Origin: Octopus sinensis
Taxonomy: Eukaryota
Assembly (NCBI RefSeq): GCF_006345805.1
Contig: NC_042999.1
Location: 131,378,001-131,442,000, forward strand
DNA: 64,000 bases
Direction of reading: 5' to 3'
The translations under genes were made by a program, and so were the position numbers. A model generated the notes under the pieces. The model ran no database searches. It was not told where the DNA came from and saw nothing but the letters and a program-made list of their open reading frames with translations. Below are positions 1-12,800 of the stretch, one piece after another. Each line of letters starts with the position of its first letter. The first letter of the stretch is position 1.

Positions 1-204
1 CATCTTTTTCTCCTTCATTTTCTATACTTGTTCAGGGTATTTTTATACCTACAACAATATTTTTCAACTATTATTTTCATATTCTTATTACTTGCTCTGG
101 TTGATTTTTATGAATATGATGAATCTTTATTAGAAATCATACTTTCTCTCTTTTTGGATCTCTCAAAAAGTTTAAATTGTTCTCTTTTGAACTTATTTTT
201 TCCC

Positions 205-206
205 CT

Positions 207-257
<51 letters not shown>

Positions 258-291
258 AACATATATATATATATAAACATATATATGTAAA

Positions 292-347
<56 letters not shown>

Positions 348-405
348 TACACATTATATATATATGACACATATTATATATATATATAATGCATGTATGT
401 ATATA
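205..405. repeat. (TA)n/(CA)n compound microsatellite
   Basis: Seen directly. Confidence 0.95.
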
Positions 406-896
406 TTTGGTGGACAGATTAATTTGAGTAATATTGAAGAAGGGTGTAATTTTTTATTGATAATTTTGCTTTGAAAATTCAATCCAGCCACAAAACTATT
501 CCTAATTACTCATTTAAGAAGGAAGGGTGAGACCTGTTGTCATCCACATGGTCTGAGGCAAGCAGAATAATAGATATTGCCTGAAATTAAACATTTCCAA
601 AATACAATGGCATGTGTGGATGCATGTGTTTCTCTGTGTGTGCGTGTGTGTATACATATACACATATACACACATACATATACAAACACACATCTTGCAC
701 CACAATCATGTATAAAAAGACTTTCAATGTATTTGTCCATTCACAGAGTTGTATACATAAGAGAACAAAAGACTGAAAGAGAGAGAGAGAGAGAGAGATG
801 GAGGAAGAAAGAAAGAGATTGAGCTAAATGCTCACAGGAAGATATTACATGCTAATCACAGAACATTGAGCAAAAAAAAGCAACACCAAAATTAAC

Positions 897-1408
897 AGAG
901 ATAAGGGATTAAGGTAATGAGAGGTGGAAGGGTGCAGAGGGATTAAAGAAATACGAGGTAGAAGGGGATTAAAATAGTGAGAGATGACAAGGGATTAATA
1001 TAGTGAGGATTAAAGTTGTAAGAAGTGAAGTGGGATTAGTGAGAGATGGAAGGGTATTGAAGTATTGAGAGGGAGAATTACAGTAGGAGGAGGATTAATG
1101 ATAAGAAGATTAAGCCTTTAGGATTTAAACTGGTTATATTAGGCCCTTATATTGTACCTATTTTATGTTTAAACTGACCAGGTCCAACCTCTCACACCTA
1201 CACAACAATGTTATTCTAAAAATAAACTTTCACATCATTGAAACCTTGAAGCTACAGGATAATGTATGCTTAATTTAAAACAAAATGAATAAATAACCAT
1301 AACATTTGACATGTAAATGCTAATAAATGATTAAAGGAGAGGTGGAAGTGAGAGGTAGAGGGAATTAAAATAGCGACAGGCCGAAGGGATTAAGGGGTGA
1401 GAGGTGGA
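897..1408. repeat. Degenerate purine-rich ~25-bp minisatellite interrupted by a MITE
   Basis: Recurring gagaggtggaagggattaa(a/g)gtagt units. Confidence 0.6.
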
Positions 1409-1892
1409 TACTATATAGACTCAAATGGGAAAAATAGTAATAGTAGAACCTCTTTCAAAAGAAGAGATATTTGATGTGAGTTGGATTATTGCAAATTTGA
1501 AAAAACAAATGTTGTTAATCACATTGTTAAATCACTGTAGTTATAGACTGGATGGCAAATCTCTGGTGAACAAACTCTGAACCAAGTTCAAATATAGTTT
1601 AAGCAATTTCTTTTATTTCACTAAAGTCCCTGGTAAAAGTATATACATTATATCTCTCATTCAGCCAACTACTAAAGCCAGTTTGGATGATTAACTATTG
1701 ATAGAACCTCTAGTCTCAACATTGAAAAAGCCAAGTTTTTATTGAAAATTAGTGAAGAAACTGAGAATGATCAACTATTAATAGTACTGCAAATCTCAAA
1801 GTTGAAGAAGTTGAATATTTATCAGAAATTGGTAAGGAAACTGAGTCCATGGGATAAATAGTTATATAATTTTTATAAATTACTTAATAATA

Positions 1893-2218
1893 TTCTTTTC
1901 AACTCTAGGCACAGGGCCTGAAATTTTTTGGGAGGGGGCCAGTTGATTAGATCTGCCCCAATATGCAACTAGTACTTAATTTATCGACCCTGAAAGGATG
2001 AAAGGAAAAGTCAACCTCATCGGAATTTGAACTCTGAATGTAAAGACAGACAAAATACCGCTAAGAGTGCTAACATTTCTTTTCTACTCTAGACACAAGG
2101 CTCGAAATTTTTTGGGAGGGAGCTAGTCGATTAGATCGACCCCAGTATGCAACTGGTACTTAATTTATTGACCCCAAAAGGATGAAAGGCGAAGATGACC
2201 TCGGCAAAATTTGAATTC
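1893..2218 (-). mobile_element. SINE family A, two tandem partial copies
   Basis: Two copies of the gaaaggatgaaaggc..gaatttgaac core. Confidence 0.8.
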
Positions 2219-2377
2219 ATTCATTCATCATTTAACGTCCGCTTTAATATTAAAAACAAACTGGTTACAATAGACAAAATATCAGAAAGAAAGCTGACTG
2301 TTTCAGAGAAAGATAACTAGAAGGAACTGTGGTGGAATTTACATTAGCTACATGATGACGTTGTTTTAGTATCATTC

Positions 2378-2760
2378 ATCTTTTACTTATTTCAGTCATT
2401 AGACTGTGGCCATGCTGGAGCACCGCCCTGAAGAATTTTAGTTGATTCAACCCCAATAATAATAATTTTTTGTAAAACCTGCTACTTATTCTATCAGTCT
2501 CTTTTGCTGAACTGCTAGATTACAGAGACATAAACACACCAATTCCAGTAGTGAAGTGATGGTGGGGGACAAACAGACACAAAGATACACACACAAACAC
2601 ACACATACATACACAACAGACTTTTTTTTCAGTTTCCGTCTACCAAATTCACTCACAAGGCTATAAGTAGAAGACACTTGCGAAAGGTGCTACACAGCAG
2701 GGCTGAACCTGGAACCATGTAGTTGGGAAACAAACATACCACACAGCCATGCGTACACCT
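2378..2760 (-). mobile_element. SINE family B
   Basis: Reverse complement of the 52031-52420 family. Confidence 0.75.
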
Positions 2761-4019
2761 AGTACACCAATCAAATATTGTACACTACCAAAATATTAAA
2801 TATTTCACTGACTAAACACCATCAATGGACATCTTGCTATCCAACACTGAATTAGAAAAAGCTGTTAACATTAACTTGTTTTATAGTAATTTCTAATAAA
2901 CTATTAATATCCACTAGGTTGTTTCTAATCATCATCATCATCATTTCAACATCATTATTTAATGTCCACTTTTCCATGTTTACATGGGTCAGATGGAATC
3001 TGTTAGGGCAAGTTTTTTTATGGGCAAGTGCAGATGCCCTTCCTGTCACAAAACCCCTAGTTACCAGGAAAGGTAATATTTCCCCCATAGCTAGACATAG
3101 TTTTCATGGCAGACTGGAAACATACATCCTTGCTTGCATGATAATGATGCTCATTTACAACCATCATATCTAGGCATGGGTACAAACACACACACACATG
3201 ACAAGCTTCTCTCAGTTTCCATTTACCATATCCACTCATAAAACTTTAGTTGACCCACAATTATAGATGACACTTGCCCAATGTGCTGTGCAGTGGGGCT
3301 GAACCTGAGATCACATGATTGAGAAGCAAGCTTCTTAACCACAGGTGTGCCTATTTCTAAGTATATACAAAAGTAATTTACCAAAAAATGGTAAGGGCAG
3401 GTTCTATAAATGTTATACAATATTTATTTCAGAGAGGCTGGACATCAGTATGCATGTGTACCAAAATGTTCTTCAATTTTATGTGAAATATACAAAAACT
3501 TGATAAACAACACTGATGTTTTTCTCTATTCCTGCAATAATATTTTCAAACTATTGCAGGCTGGACAGACTGAAATGGACTAAATATTTTCATAATAATG
3601 ATTTCTTCCTTTATTTTAATAATAATAATGATGATCTATTCTATTTCATTATATTCCCCACCACCCATAAAGAATGTTATCTTTTAACAATGCTGGATCC
3701 ACTGACACACAATCAGGAGTTCAGCATTTTCAGAAACCATGGCTAAAACTAATAATTTTCCTTTGTCTTAAGATGCTAACAAATTTTCTGTTGTGTTTAC
3801 GTGATTAATAGTAGTAAAGATATTGAATTGATTATATTGAATTTCCCATGTTCAATCCATTGCAGGCTGAGGGCCTAAGCATATTCTCTCCATCAACCAC
3901 AGTCTTATGTGGAAGCCATGAATTTGAGCTTGAGATCACAATGGGTTGATAAGCCTTACTGGCTCAACATGACTAGGCAGAGGGGTACAGTTTTTTTTTA
4001 TATACTCCTACTCAGGACA

Positions 4020-4875
4020 AGTAAAGTCGATTACATCAACCCCAGAGCTCAACTGGTACTTATTTTATCAACCACAAAAGGATGAAAGGCAAAGTTAACC
4101 TCAGCAGAATTTAAACTCAGCACATAAGGACAAACAATCTACTGCTAAGCATTTTGCCCGGTGTGCTAATGATTCTGCCAGCTCACTGCCAAGTAAAGGT
4201 ATAATTCTTTCTACTGGAAGCACAATGCCTCAAGTTTGGGGGAAGGGATTAAGTCGATTACATCGACCCCGAAAGGATGAAAAGCAAAGTTGACCTCGAC
4301 AGAATTTGAACTCAGAATGTAGCGGCAGACAAAATACCACTAAGCATTTTACCTGGCATGCTAATGATTCTGCCAGCCCACCACCTTAAGTAAAGGTATA
4401 ATAATGTTAAAACAAACCACATTAGCAATGAACATAACAACATAAGAATAATAATTTCTAATTTAGGCACAAGGCTAGTAATTTTGCAGGGAACTGACTT
4501 GTCGTTATCAACCCTAGTATTTGACAGGTACTTAATTTTATCAAGCTAAGAGTGATGGAAGACAAATTTCATCTCAGAACATAAAGGGCTACAAGAAATA
4601 CTACAAGATATTTTTCTAATGCCCTATGATTCAACTGACCATCATCCCACAACAATTGTTTCTAATATAGTCACAAGGCCCGAAATTTTGGAGGGAGAAG
4701 TTAGTCAATTAAGTCCACCTCGGGATTTAACTAGTACATTATTTTATTTTAATCCCTGGAGGGATGAACGGTAAAGTTGACTTCTGCAGGATTTGAATTC
4801 AGAAATGTAAAGAGACAGAAGAATTATTGCAAGGCATTTTGTCCAAAGCTCTCAACAATTCTGCCAATCTACAGC
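4020..4875 (-). mobile_element. SINE family A, cluster of four copies
   Basis: Repeated core; the second copy has TSD aagtaaaggtataat. Confidence 0.8.
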
Positions 4876-7800
4876 CCTAATAATATTGGTTATTATTATT
4901 ATTATTATTATTTGTTTATCAGCAGAGCATTAAAAAAAAAGAGAAAGAAAACATTACACAACAAGAACTCAAACAATGAGTGACACAAATATTCATTCAG
5001 ATAAAGGATAGTGTGGATTATAAAGTTGCATAAAGCCATTGTTAAAAAAAAAAGCAACATATACAATTAATAAATAAAACAAAATTCCCAAGAATGAAAA
5101 CAAGTGAGTAGGGGGTGGGGAGCAGTGATGCTGATAATGTTAGGACATTGTCTGCCACATCCACTCGCTGTTAACCACCCCAAAATGGACTTTCTTTGTA
5201 AGAACAAAAATATCAGAATGTACCTTTTAGACTAAGACTGCTTTCACCAAAATATTTGGTGGTCAGGATCCACTTACCAAATAAGAGATGTGGGCACTGC
5301 AAAAATCCAAGCTGAAAACCTCATCTGTATCAGCCTTACACATCTGGGAGGGCTTACAAAGGTAATGAACATTGCTCCAACTTTCTAGAGTAGTTCCACC
5401 TCTCTGGTGCTAAGTCTAGAAACTTTTTAAATCCTTTTATTGCAGAAATCAGATATATCCCCTTAAATTTTCATTAGCATTAACTGCAGGAAGCAGTTTT
5501 ATATACTAATATATCTTTTGTTGAAGAATATCTTGTTTCAAACTATTTTCTCTTGAGATATGTCAAGTTTATTGAAGCAATGTGACTTGCAGAAAATACC
5601 AATTCTATTTTTATGGTAAATATTCAATATCATTACAGGAGCAACAATGAAATTTGATTTCACAGTTAAAGAGCTAAATTAATTGGTCAACAGCTACTGG
5701 TTAATTGTTAACCAAAAATGAAATGTAATATTGTCATGCTTTTGTTAACACAATTTTTGTTAGCAATTATATTGGTAAATAATATAAGATTTTATTTATA
5801 TCAATATTTTTGATATTGTCACAATAAAATGTTCAAAAACCATGTCAGACAATATACTAAAATTACATGGCACATTATATCCACTGACGTTTGTTTAAAG
5901 TTATTCATTTTTTCCAAAATTTTACTGTTTCAAAAACTTTCTTGATTCTATTGTCTAATATGATCTTCTTGGTTAAATATTTGAATAATAATTTGAATAT
6001 CTAATATGGAGATAATTTCAGTTACAATGTGACCTTCATCAAAATTTAACACATTTATTGTACTAAATTCATTTGAAATTCTGTTTCTCTAGTTAACCAT
6101 GATGGATGCTGAACAATGACACTGATAAATACCAAATGTAAGTTGATGAACATGAAATTAAAGTTAATAGTGAAATCGAAGTTGACAATGACAAATTTCA
6201 AGTTGATAATGATGTAATCAAGATAGACAATAACGAAACAGAGGCTAATGATGACGAGAATGAGATTTATGTTGATAATGTAAAATTTGAGGGAAACCTT
6301 TTATATGCATATATGTACATAAATAAATGTGTGTGTATGTGTGACTGTGTGTGTGTACACATATATAGAATTGCTGACAACATTATATTGGCCTAACAAG
6401 TATAACCCTCTATAGAAGGCTGACATTACACCACCAACAAATTAAGGAACCATATACAAGAAAATCTTTCCAGAGTTAATGTAGATAATTATTTGAGACA
6501 AACCTTAGCATTTATTATTATTTCTCTGTTTTACTAGTATAGCAATTCAATACGGGAACAATAATAGATCAATAAAGAAACACAATCTACACAAAACTAT
6601 CATCTGGAATTAAATGTATTGTATTTTAATTGACATTACTTATTACAGCCCTTGTAACTAATATGCTTACATTAATAACAGTACTAATGCTAAGGGAAAA
6701 ATCTGTGGTTATTTTGAAACTATATAAAAACATTTAGTAACCCTAAATATTCTCTTAATACAGTTCAAAAAGATTGGTTAAGATTTGTGACTATTTTTGT
6801 TTTATATTGCATTTTTAAATTATGTAACAACATTAGTGCAATTAAACTTTTTTAATTATTTCAGCATGGCTGCAGCTTTCAAGCTGAATCTGATTAAAGA
6901 ATTAAACACACACACAACCACTCCCCCTCTCTTAAGATTCTCCCACTCTCAATTGACATTCATCACTCTCTGCAACTATTAGCCCACATCTGTTACTATC
7001 CATTACTCAATCTCTCTCTCATACACAAACACACCAGCAAACATGTAACTACTATCACTATCTCTTTTCCATTATCACCTGCAATTGTCTCTCTTACATT
7101 ACTCTCGCCAGTATTATTACTCTCTCAATACCTTTCTCTAGCACCCTCTCAGCCCAATCATATTCGTAAATCCTTCACTCACTCTGGTCCTTCTGTCAAA
7201 ACTATCTCTTATATTCAACCACTGCCTTAATTGAACAGAGACACTGCAGAAGAGAGAGGCACAAGGCAACCTCATTAATGTCAGTGCCATGATAAAGTAT
7301 AACCAATACACTCTATTAAGTGATGTGCTAAAAGTGGAATGTTTAAGTGAGACGTGGTTCACACTCGTTTATGAACCGCAAGAAAATCGCCATAATACCA
7401 ATATGCCATCAATATCCTTCTACCTTTCATTTCCTTATATTATTTCAATATTCAATCCTTTTATTTATTTATTGAGCCAAATTTTCTGTCAAATTCCTAC
7501 TCTTGTGTCCAGCAGTTTGGCTGAGGCTTACTTCCCTTCAATCTTTCCAGAGTAATTCCCCTTGTCCTGACCTATAGCTAGCTCTCACTTCACTGTTTCT
7601 TCAGACTTGTTATATACTGTGAGGCCAAACACGATTTGTGTTGTGTTCTGTAGTATTGTTTTTGTTTTGAAAATACTATACAGGTAGACATGACATATTT
7701 AAGGAGTTATACTCTTTTAGTCTTGGCAGCATTATCTCAGAAAGTGATAATATATCAACATATTTAAATATACCAATACTGACTGATGGAGAGAAAAGAA

Positions 7801-9134
7801 TGATTGCCAGCCAATCTAACAAACAAGGGCATGCTATATATCAATATATCAATCCTAGGAGACATTATATCTCTAGAACTGAAGAAATTATCCAGATATA
7901 AAAACCCAGAAATCACAACATCAAGAATCAATGTGGTTGCAATGATAAAAGGACACAGAGACAATGAGAATATACACATAGCATACAAAAACAGCAATTC
8001 TGTCCACTGAAAATATTTTATATAGAATACTATGAATATAATGAAAACAGATACAAGAACTGCACATATCCAAGGCATATAAACTATACCTGGTTATACA
8101 CTGAAAGCATGCAATAAATAAGACTTACTGAAATAATAGTGAAGATGATGATGAAAATTAATTTTTAAAAAATGGTTGTAATAACAAAATAATAATAATG
8201 ACAACAATAACAATTATGAATGTGAGTTGTAAGTACAATTTAGATAGAGCAAGGAGTTTTTAGAGTATGTTTATGAAAATGAGGGGGAAAAAAATCAATA
8301 GATTTACTACAATAATTTCTAAGAACATGTACAAGATCAATAACGTTAGTATGATAGATGCAGATGTTTTGATAATACTAGATTGTTCTTACTATCTGTG
8401 AGTGAGGTAAAATGTTACTGAGTAAATAACGAAATCTGTAGAATGAAGGTAGAGTGTGATGACATGCCCCATCCCAGAGTATTTCCATGGAATCTAAAGG
8501 GAATTAATTTTAGCAGCATATGGTAAAAAATTGTCTTGATTTAAAGAAAATCAGTAAAAATTCAATTGTAAATTGAAAGTAAAATTTTTTTTAGATTTTT
8601 CTGTCAGAAAGATGCAAAATTAAGAGCAACTGAGACATCAAATAAATACAATTTAGCAAATACAAATAGTATAGAAAATATAGGGTTAAAATGAAAACAT
8701 GCTATTAGATAAAGGAGAGATAATTTTTCAGTGAAAGACAGGAAAAGGAAACATGCAGAAGAAAATATGTGCAGAAGTAATGCATGCTGCAGATAATTGA
8801 CACTAAAATTGTTACAGTAATACAGCAAAAGCAATGGCTATTTGTTCCACTTGGAAGCAAGCTGGGGGTGGCAGGCAGAAAATTTAAGTTTTCCTTTTTT
8901 CATTTTTCATTTTTGTATCAAAAAATTATTCTTTCCTGCAAGCCAATTTTAATTCCCGTTACACAAGAAATGGAAAAATTAATAAAATAAAAAGCTCCTA
9001 GTTGACAGTTCCACAGAGTTTGCTAATTTCCACTGTAGTGTACCAATATTATCAAGACACAATTGATAAAGTAGCACTTAATAAAAAAAAGTGACTACTA
9101 TGATAAATTCTAAGAAGGAATTTAAAATTCTGAC

Positions 9135-9887
9135 CTGCTGGGGTGGAACCATTCCGTCCTGCGCCCCCACTGCTAAGACCTGCTAAGTGGTTACTCTCTG
9201 TGGAGGCCGAAGGCTGCTTTGTCAAAAACTGGTCATCCCACATAGCTCTAACTTTTGTCATATAGCCAGAGCAATTTCCATCACCCAAAGAGTGGAGGGC
9301 AAAAGCTGTATTGTATACATCTGAATGAAAACTTTTGGAAACTAGAGCAGGAGGAACCGACCTGGAGCGTGATGTCTTTATAGCATTCCCAGGCTCAAAG
9401 TCAAGAGAAGTGTTAGTGGCTTTAGCAGTGCTACTACATTCCAAAGGGTTCGAAATTAATCCTTCACCTTGATAGGGCCCATTGCTAAAACCAGTATCAT
9501 CGTCAACCATGTTGAGTTTGTCTGGTAGGGAACTGCCGGTTAGTGTTGAACTACCACTGCTCTGGGTACCGATAGTATCTGCTGAAGGCCGATGAAGATT
9601 TAAAGTGCTTGTATGAGCAGACTGTGTACTTAGCTCAGACAAAGGAATCACAGATGTTGTCAGTGACATTGATGTTCCTGCAGTAGAAGTGCTTGATTGG
9701 GCAGGAGCAGATTTTTTGTGCAGCGGTGGTATTTGCCCACTTAATGAACGCTTGTGGCAAGATGAAGGAGAAGGGAGATCACTTATTTGGTGGTGAGTAC
9801 TGGCATCAGAGGAGAGTGTTGTTGGTTGTTGTAAGGTGATGTTGTTGGTTGCGACTGAGGCCGTGGCTGTCAAGTGAAATTGTACGT
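9135..9887 (-). CDS. ARHGAP17/ARHGAP44: Large exon for the Ser/Thr/Pro-rich disordered region (DVQFHLT...GSTPA)
   Basis: ttttattag acceptor in phase 1; lies inside the 288-aa ORF 9052..9918; CAG|gtcaga donor at 9135; higher GC than flanks. Confidence 0.88.
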
Positions 9888-12800
9888 CTAATAAAAATGG
9901 AGATGAAAAAATAAACATTAATTCTGGGTAAATAATAATGAAATAGAAAAAACTCCATAAAATTAATTTTAAGCAAAGTTTCTTCTATAAAGTGGTTTCC
10001 ATGACAACTAAACTTACTGCACTGGAAATTCGAACAACTGCTAGTATTGACTGGTTGATTGATTGATGATCAACAGGGAATTTGAAATAAAATAGTATTG
10101 GAAAGAAGGAAAGACTGAGTCAAGTAATAAATAATTAAACATCAATAAAAGAAAAAACAGTAACAGCTGTTTTTACAGTTTAGAAAAGTACCTTAAAAAA
10201 AATATATATATATGTATTAGCAATTTCAACGTGATGTTTCTTATTTGAAATTTGAATTTCAAATATTTTCAACTTCGAGAATGAAGAATAAAAAATAATA
10301 AGTATCTTCAGAGAAATCCAAAGTGAAAATCAACAAAAAATGGCATTAACATGCAGATTATTTATAGATTCCTCTGTATGGATATGCTAGAAAAAAAAAG
10401 TACAGTCACATTAATAAAAGAAGGATTGGTTTAAATATTTAAAGCATAAAAATTTAAAATGATTAGATTAATAATTGAACAAAATAAATATCATAAACTA
10501 TTATCTCTCTTCCCTTTAACTATAAAGTTTTATGCCTTATCAAGATATATTTATAATATAATATCTTGATATTACATATGACTGCTGTTTCGTAAAAGAT
10601 CCTGACCAGGTCATGCATGAACTAAGTTTACTGCATCATAAGTCAAAGAAGAATGAAAAAGTATACTGACTTGGGTGGAGAAGTCTATGATAACAAAGAT
10701 TTCCTTAGAAAAATAATGAATTACTTAGATTTACAAAGAAGAGAGAAGATAAATATCATGGAGTAGTGTTACCAAAATATTGTGATACCAATATTCACCT
10801 TAGTGACTACAAATATTAGAGATTTTCTCTGGGTAGTACAAATGTAAAAAGCCAAAACACCATCATTAACTGTAGAAAACAACCAAAGTTTATCAAAACT
10901 AGCAAACATTTACAACCCTCTTAAAATAACAATAACAACATTGTATCATAAGCAAAAATAAATTCAAAGAGAAATAATTAAATACACATACTTTGACAAA
11001 TTCAACAAGCTAAAGCTGCACACTAGAATAGACTAGAAATGCCCAATAGAAACTTTTCAACGATCCAGTACAAAAACAAAAACAATAAAAAAACAACTCA
11101 ACACTTACAAACCACTGTACCTGAAAACATAACTTCTTTCCTCACAATGAGAATATAATGGCTAAAGTATAAAAAAAAAACAACGACCAAAAAGCCATCT
11201 AAACACACAGCAAACATTCACAAGTAAATAAATATTCAGTAATTAGAGGTCAAGACTCGAACTGAAGTTGGTGCTCCAGAGTACATGAAAAATTGTGGAA
11301 GAAATAAAAGCATAAATATAGAAATAAAACCATTCCATTGGATAGGGTGGATGTGAAGCAGCTAACAGCAACAGCAAGACTTGGCTGGGTGAAGTTCAGG
11401 GAATGTGGAGCACTGTTATATGGGAAAAGGTTCTCATTGAAGATGAAAGGAAAGGTGTATAGGAATTGTGTGTGAGCTGCAATGCTGTATGGGAGTGAAA
11501 CATGGTGTTTGAGGGAGAGAGAGATGGCAATTTTGAGAAGGACTGAGAGAGCAATAGTGAGAGAAATGTGTGGGGTGAAGCTGTTTGATAAGAGGAGGAC
11601 TGAGGACTTGATGGGGGATGCTGGGGTTGGAGGAGTCAGTGGAACAGCTGGCAAGGGCGAATGGAGTGCAGTGGTATGGACATGTGTTGAGGAGGGATGA
11701 GGAGCATGTTCTGAAGAGGGTGCTAGACTTTGAGGTAAATGGACAGCGAAAGTAAAGTAGAATGAAAAAAATGTGGAGGGGACAGGTTGAGGAGGAGATT
11801 GGGAAAGTTGGCTTGAGAAAGGAGGATGCCCAAAACCAGGCAAGATGGCGAGATGGTGTGAGGGCAGTTGCTATGGTACTGAGGTAGATCCAGCTACCCC
11901 CATTAACGGGGACAAAACCCAGATACAAAATGATTGATGATGATGATGTAAATGTCTGTACCAAAAGTGAAATGCAAACTACTTTGCGATACTTGAAGGA
12001 CTCTCAAGAGCTGAGAGCTTTATGCTGAGTAAGAAAAAGAAAGTATATGTGGAGTGTAAGGATAATGTCAAGGAGTGAAATAAATGCTGTAGTTCTGGTA
12101 TGTAGAAAAGTTCCTGATGCATGATGCTGTTGACCAAATTGCTTATAGTATGCAAATAAGATGCAAATGACAGCATTATGGTATAGCAAAATACACAAAT
12201 TAAAAGATATTAGCAACTGGGGGGAAACAAAAATATTAAACAACACAAGACAGAAAGTAAAAGTGGAGAAAGAGGCAATGGTAATAACAATGATGATGAT
12301 AAGGAGAAAGACAAAATATATCTGAGAATGAAACAGTGCATCTGATTTATTAAGGACAATGCTTACAATAATTTGTACTGAGGTCAGACAGATGGATGGA
12401 GAAACAGATGAATGTTAACTTCATGAGTTTATGGAAGGCATATTTCAGAAAATAGATTTATTTTAGAATCTAAACATAATAGAAGTAATAATAGTAATCA
12501 ATATATTTTGACCATTTCATTGTTGAAATACAGAAGTGGATTAATGAACTTGCAAAAAGTCTCCAGGACTGGTATGGGAAGAAAAGTGGCATTGCTGGAG
12601 TGCTTGCTATAAGAGTAGACTCTGCTAAAGACACCCAAAGGCTATAAGGTAGTGTTAAGCAAGAAAAATAGAACAAAATAAGAAGGAAGTCATTGAATAT
12701 ACACTGTGTATATCCTGCAAAAGCTGCAATGCTTGCATCTTCTTACAAGGGCATCTGAGAGGGAAAAAAATGTAATAAGTTGTGAAGACTGGATCAAAGA

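Noticed and set aside
28-822. Short ORFs rich in YI, CV and HT dipeptides (also near 24031, 37389 and 57651-58099)
   Set aside because: They are translations of (TA)n, (TG)n and (CA)n microsatellites.
9052-9918. 288-aa ORF as a stand-alone gene
   Set aside because: It is the large internal exon (9135-9887) plus intronic read-through at both ends.
11250-11964. 197-aa and 176-aa minus-strand ORFs
   Set aside because: They are antisense frames of the purine-rich RTE LINE fragment.
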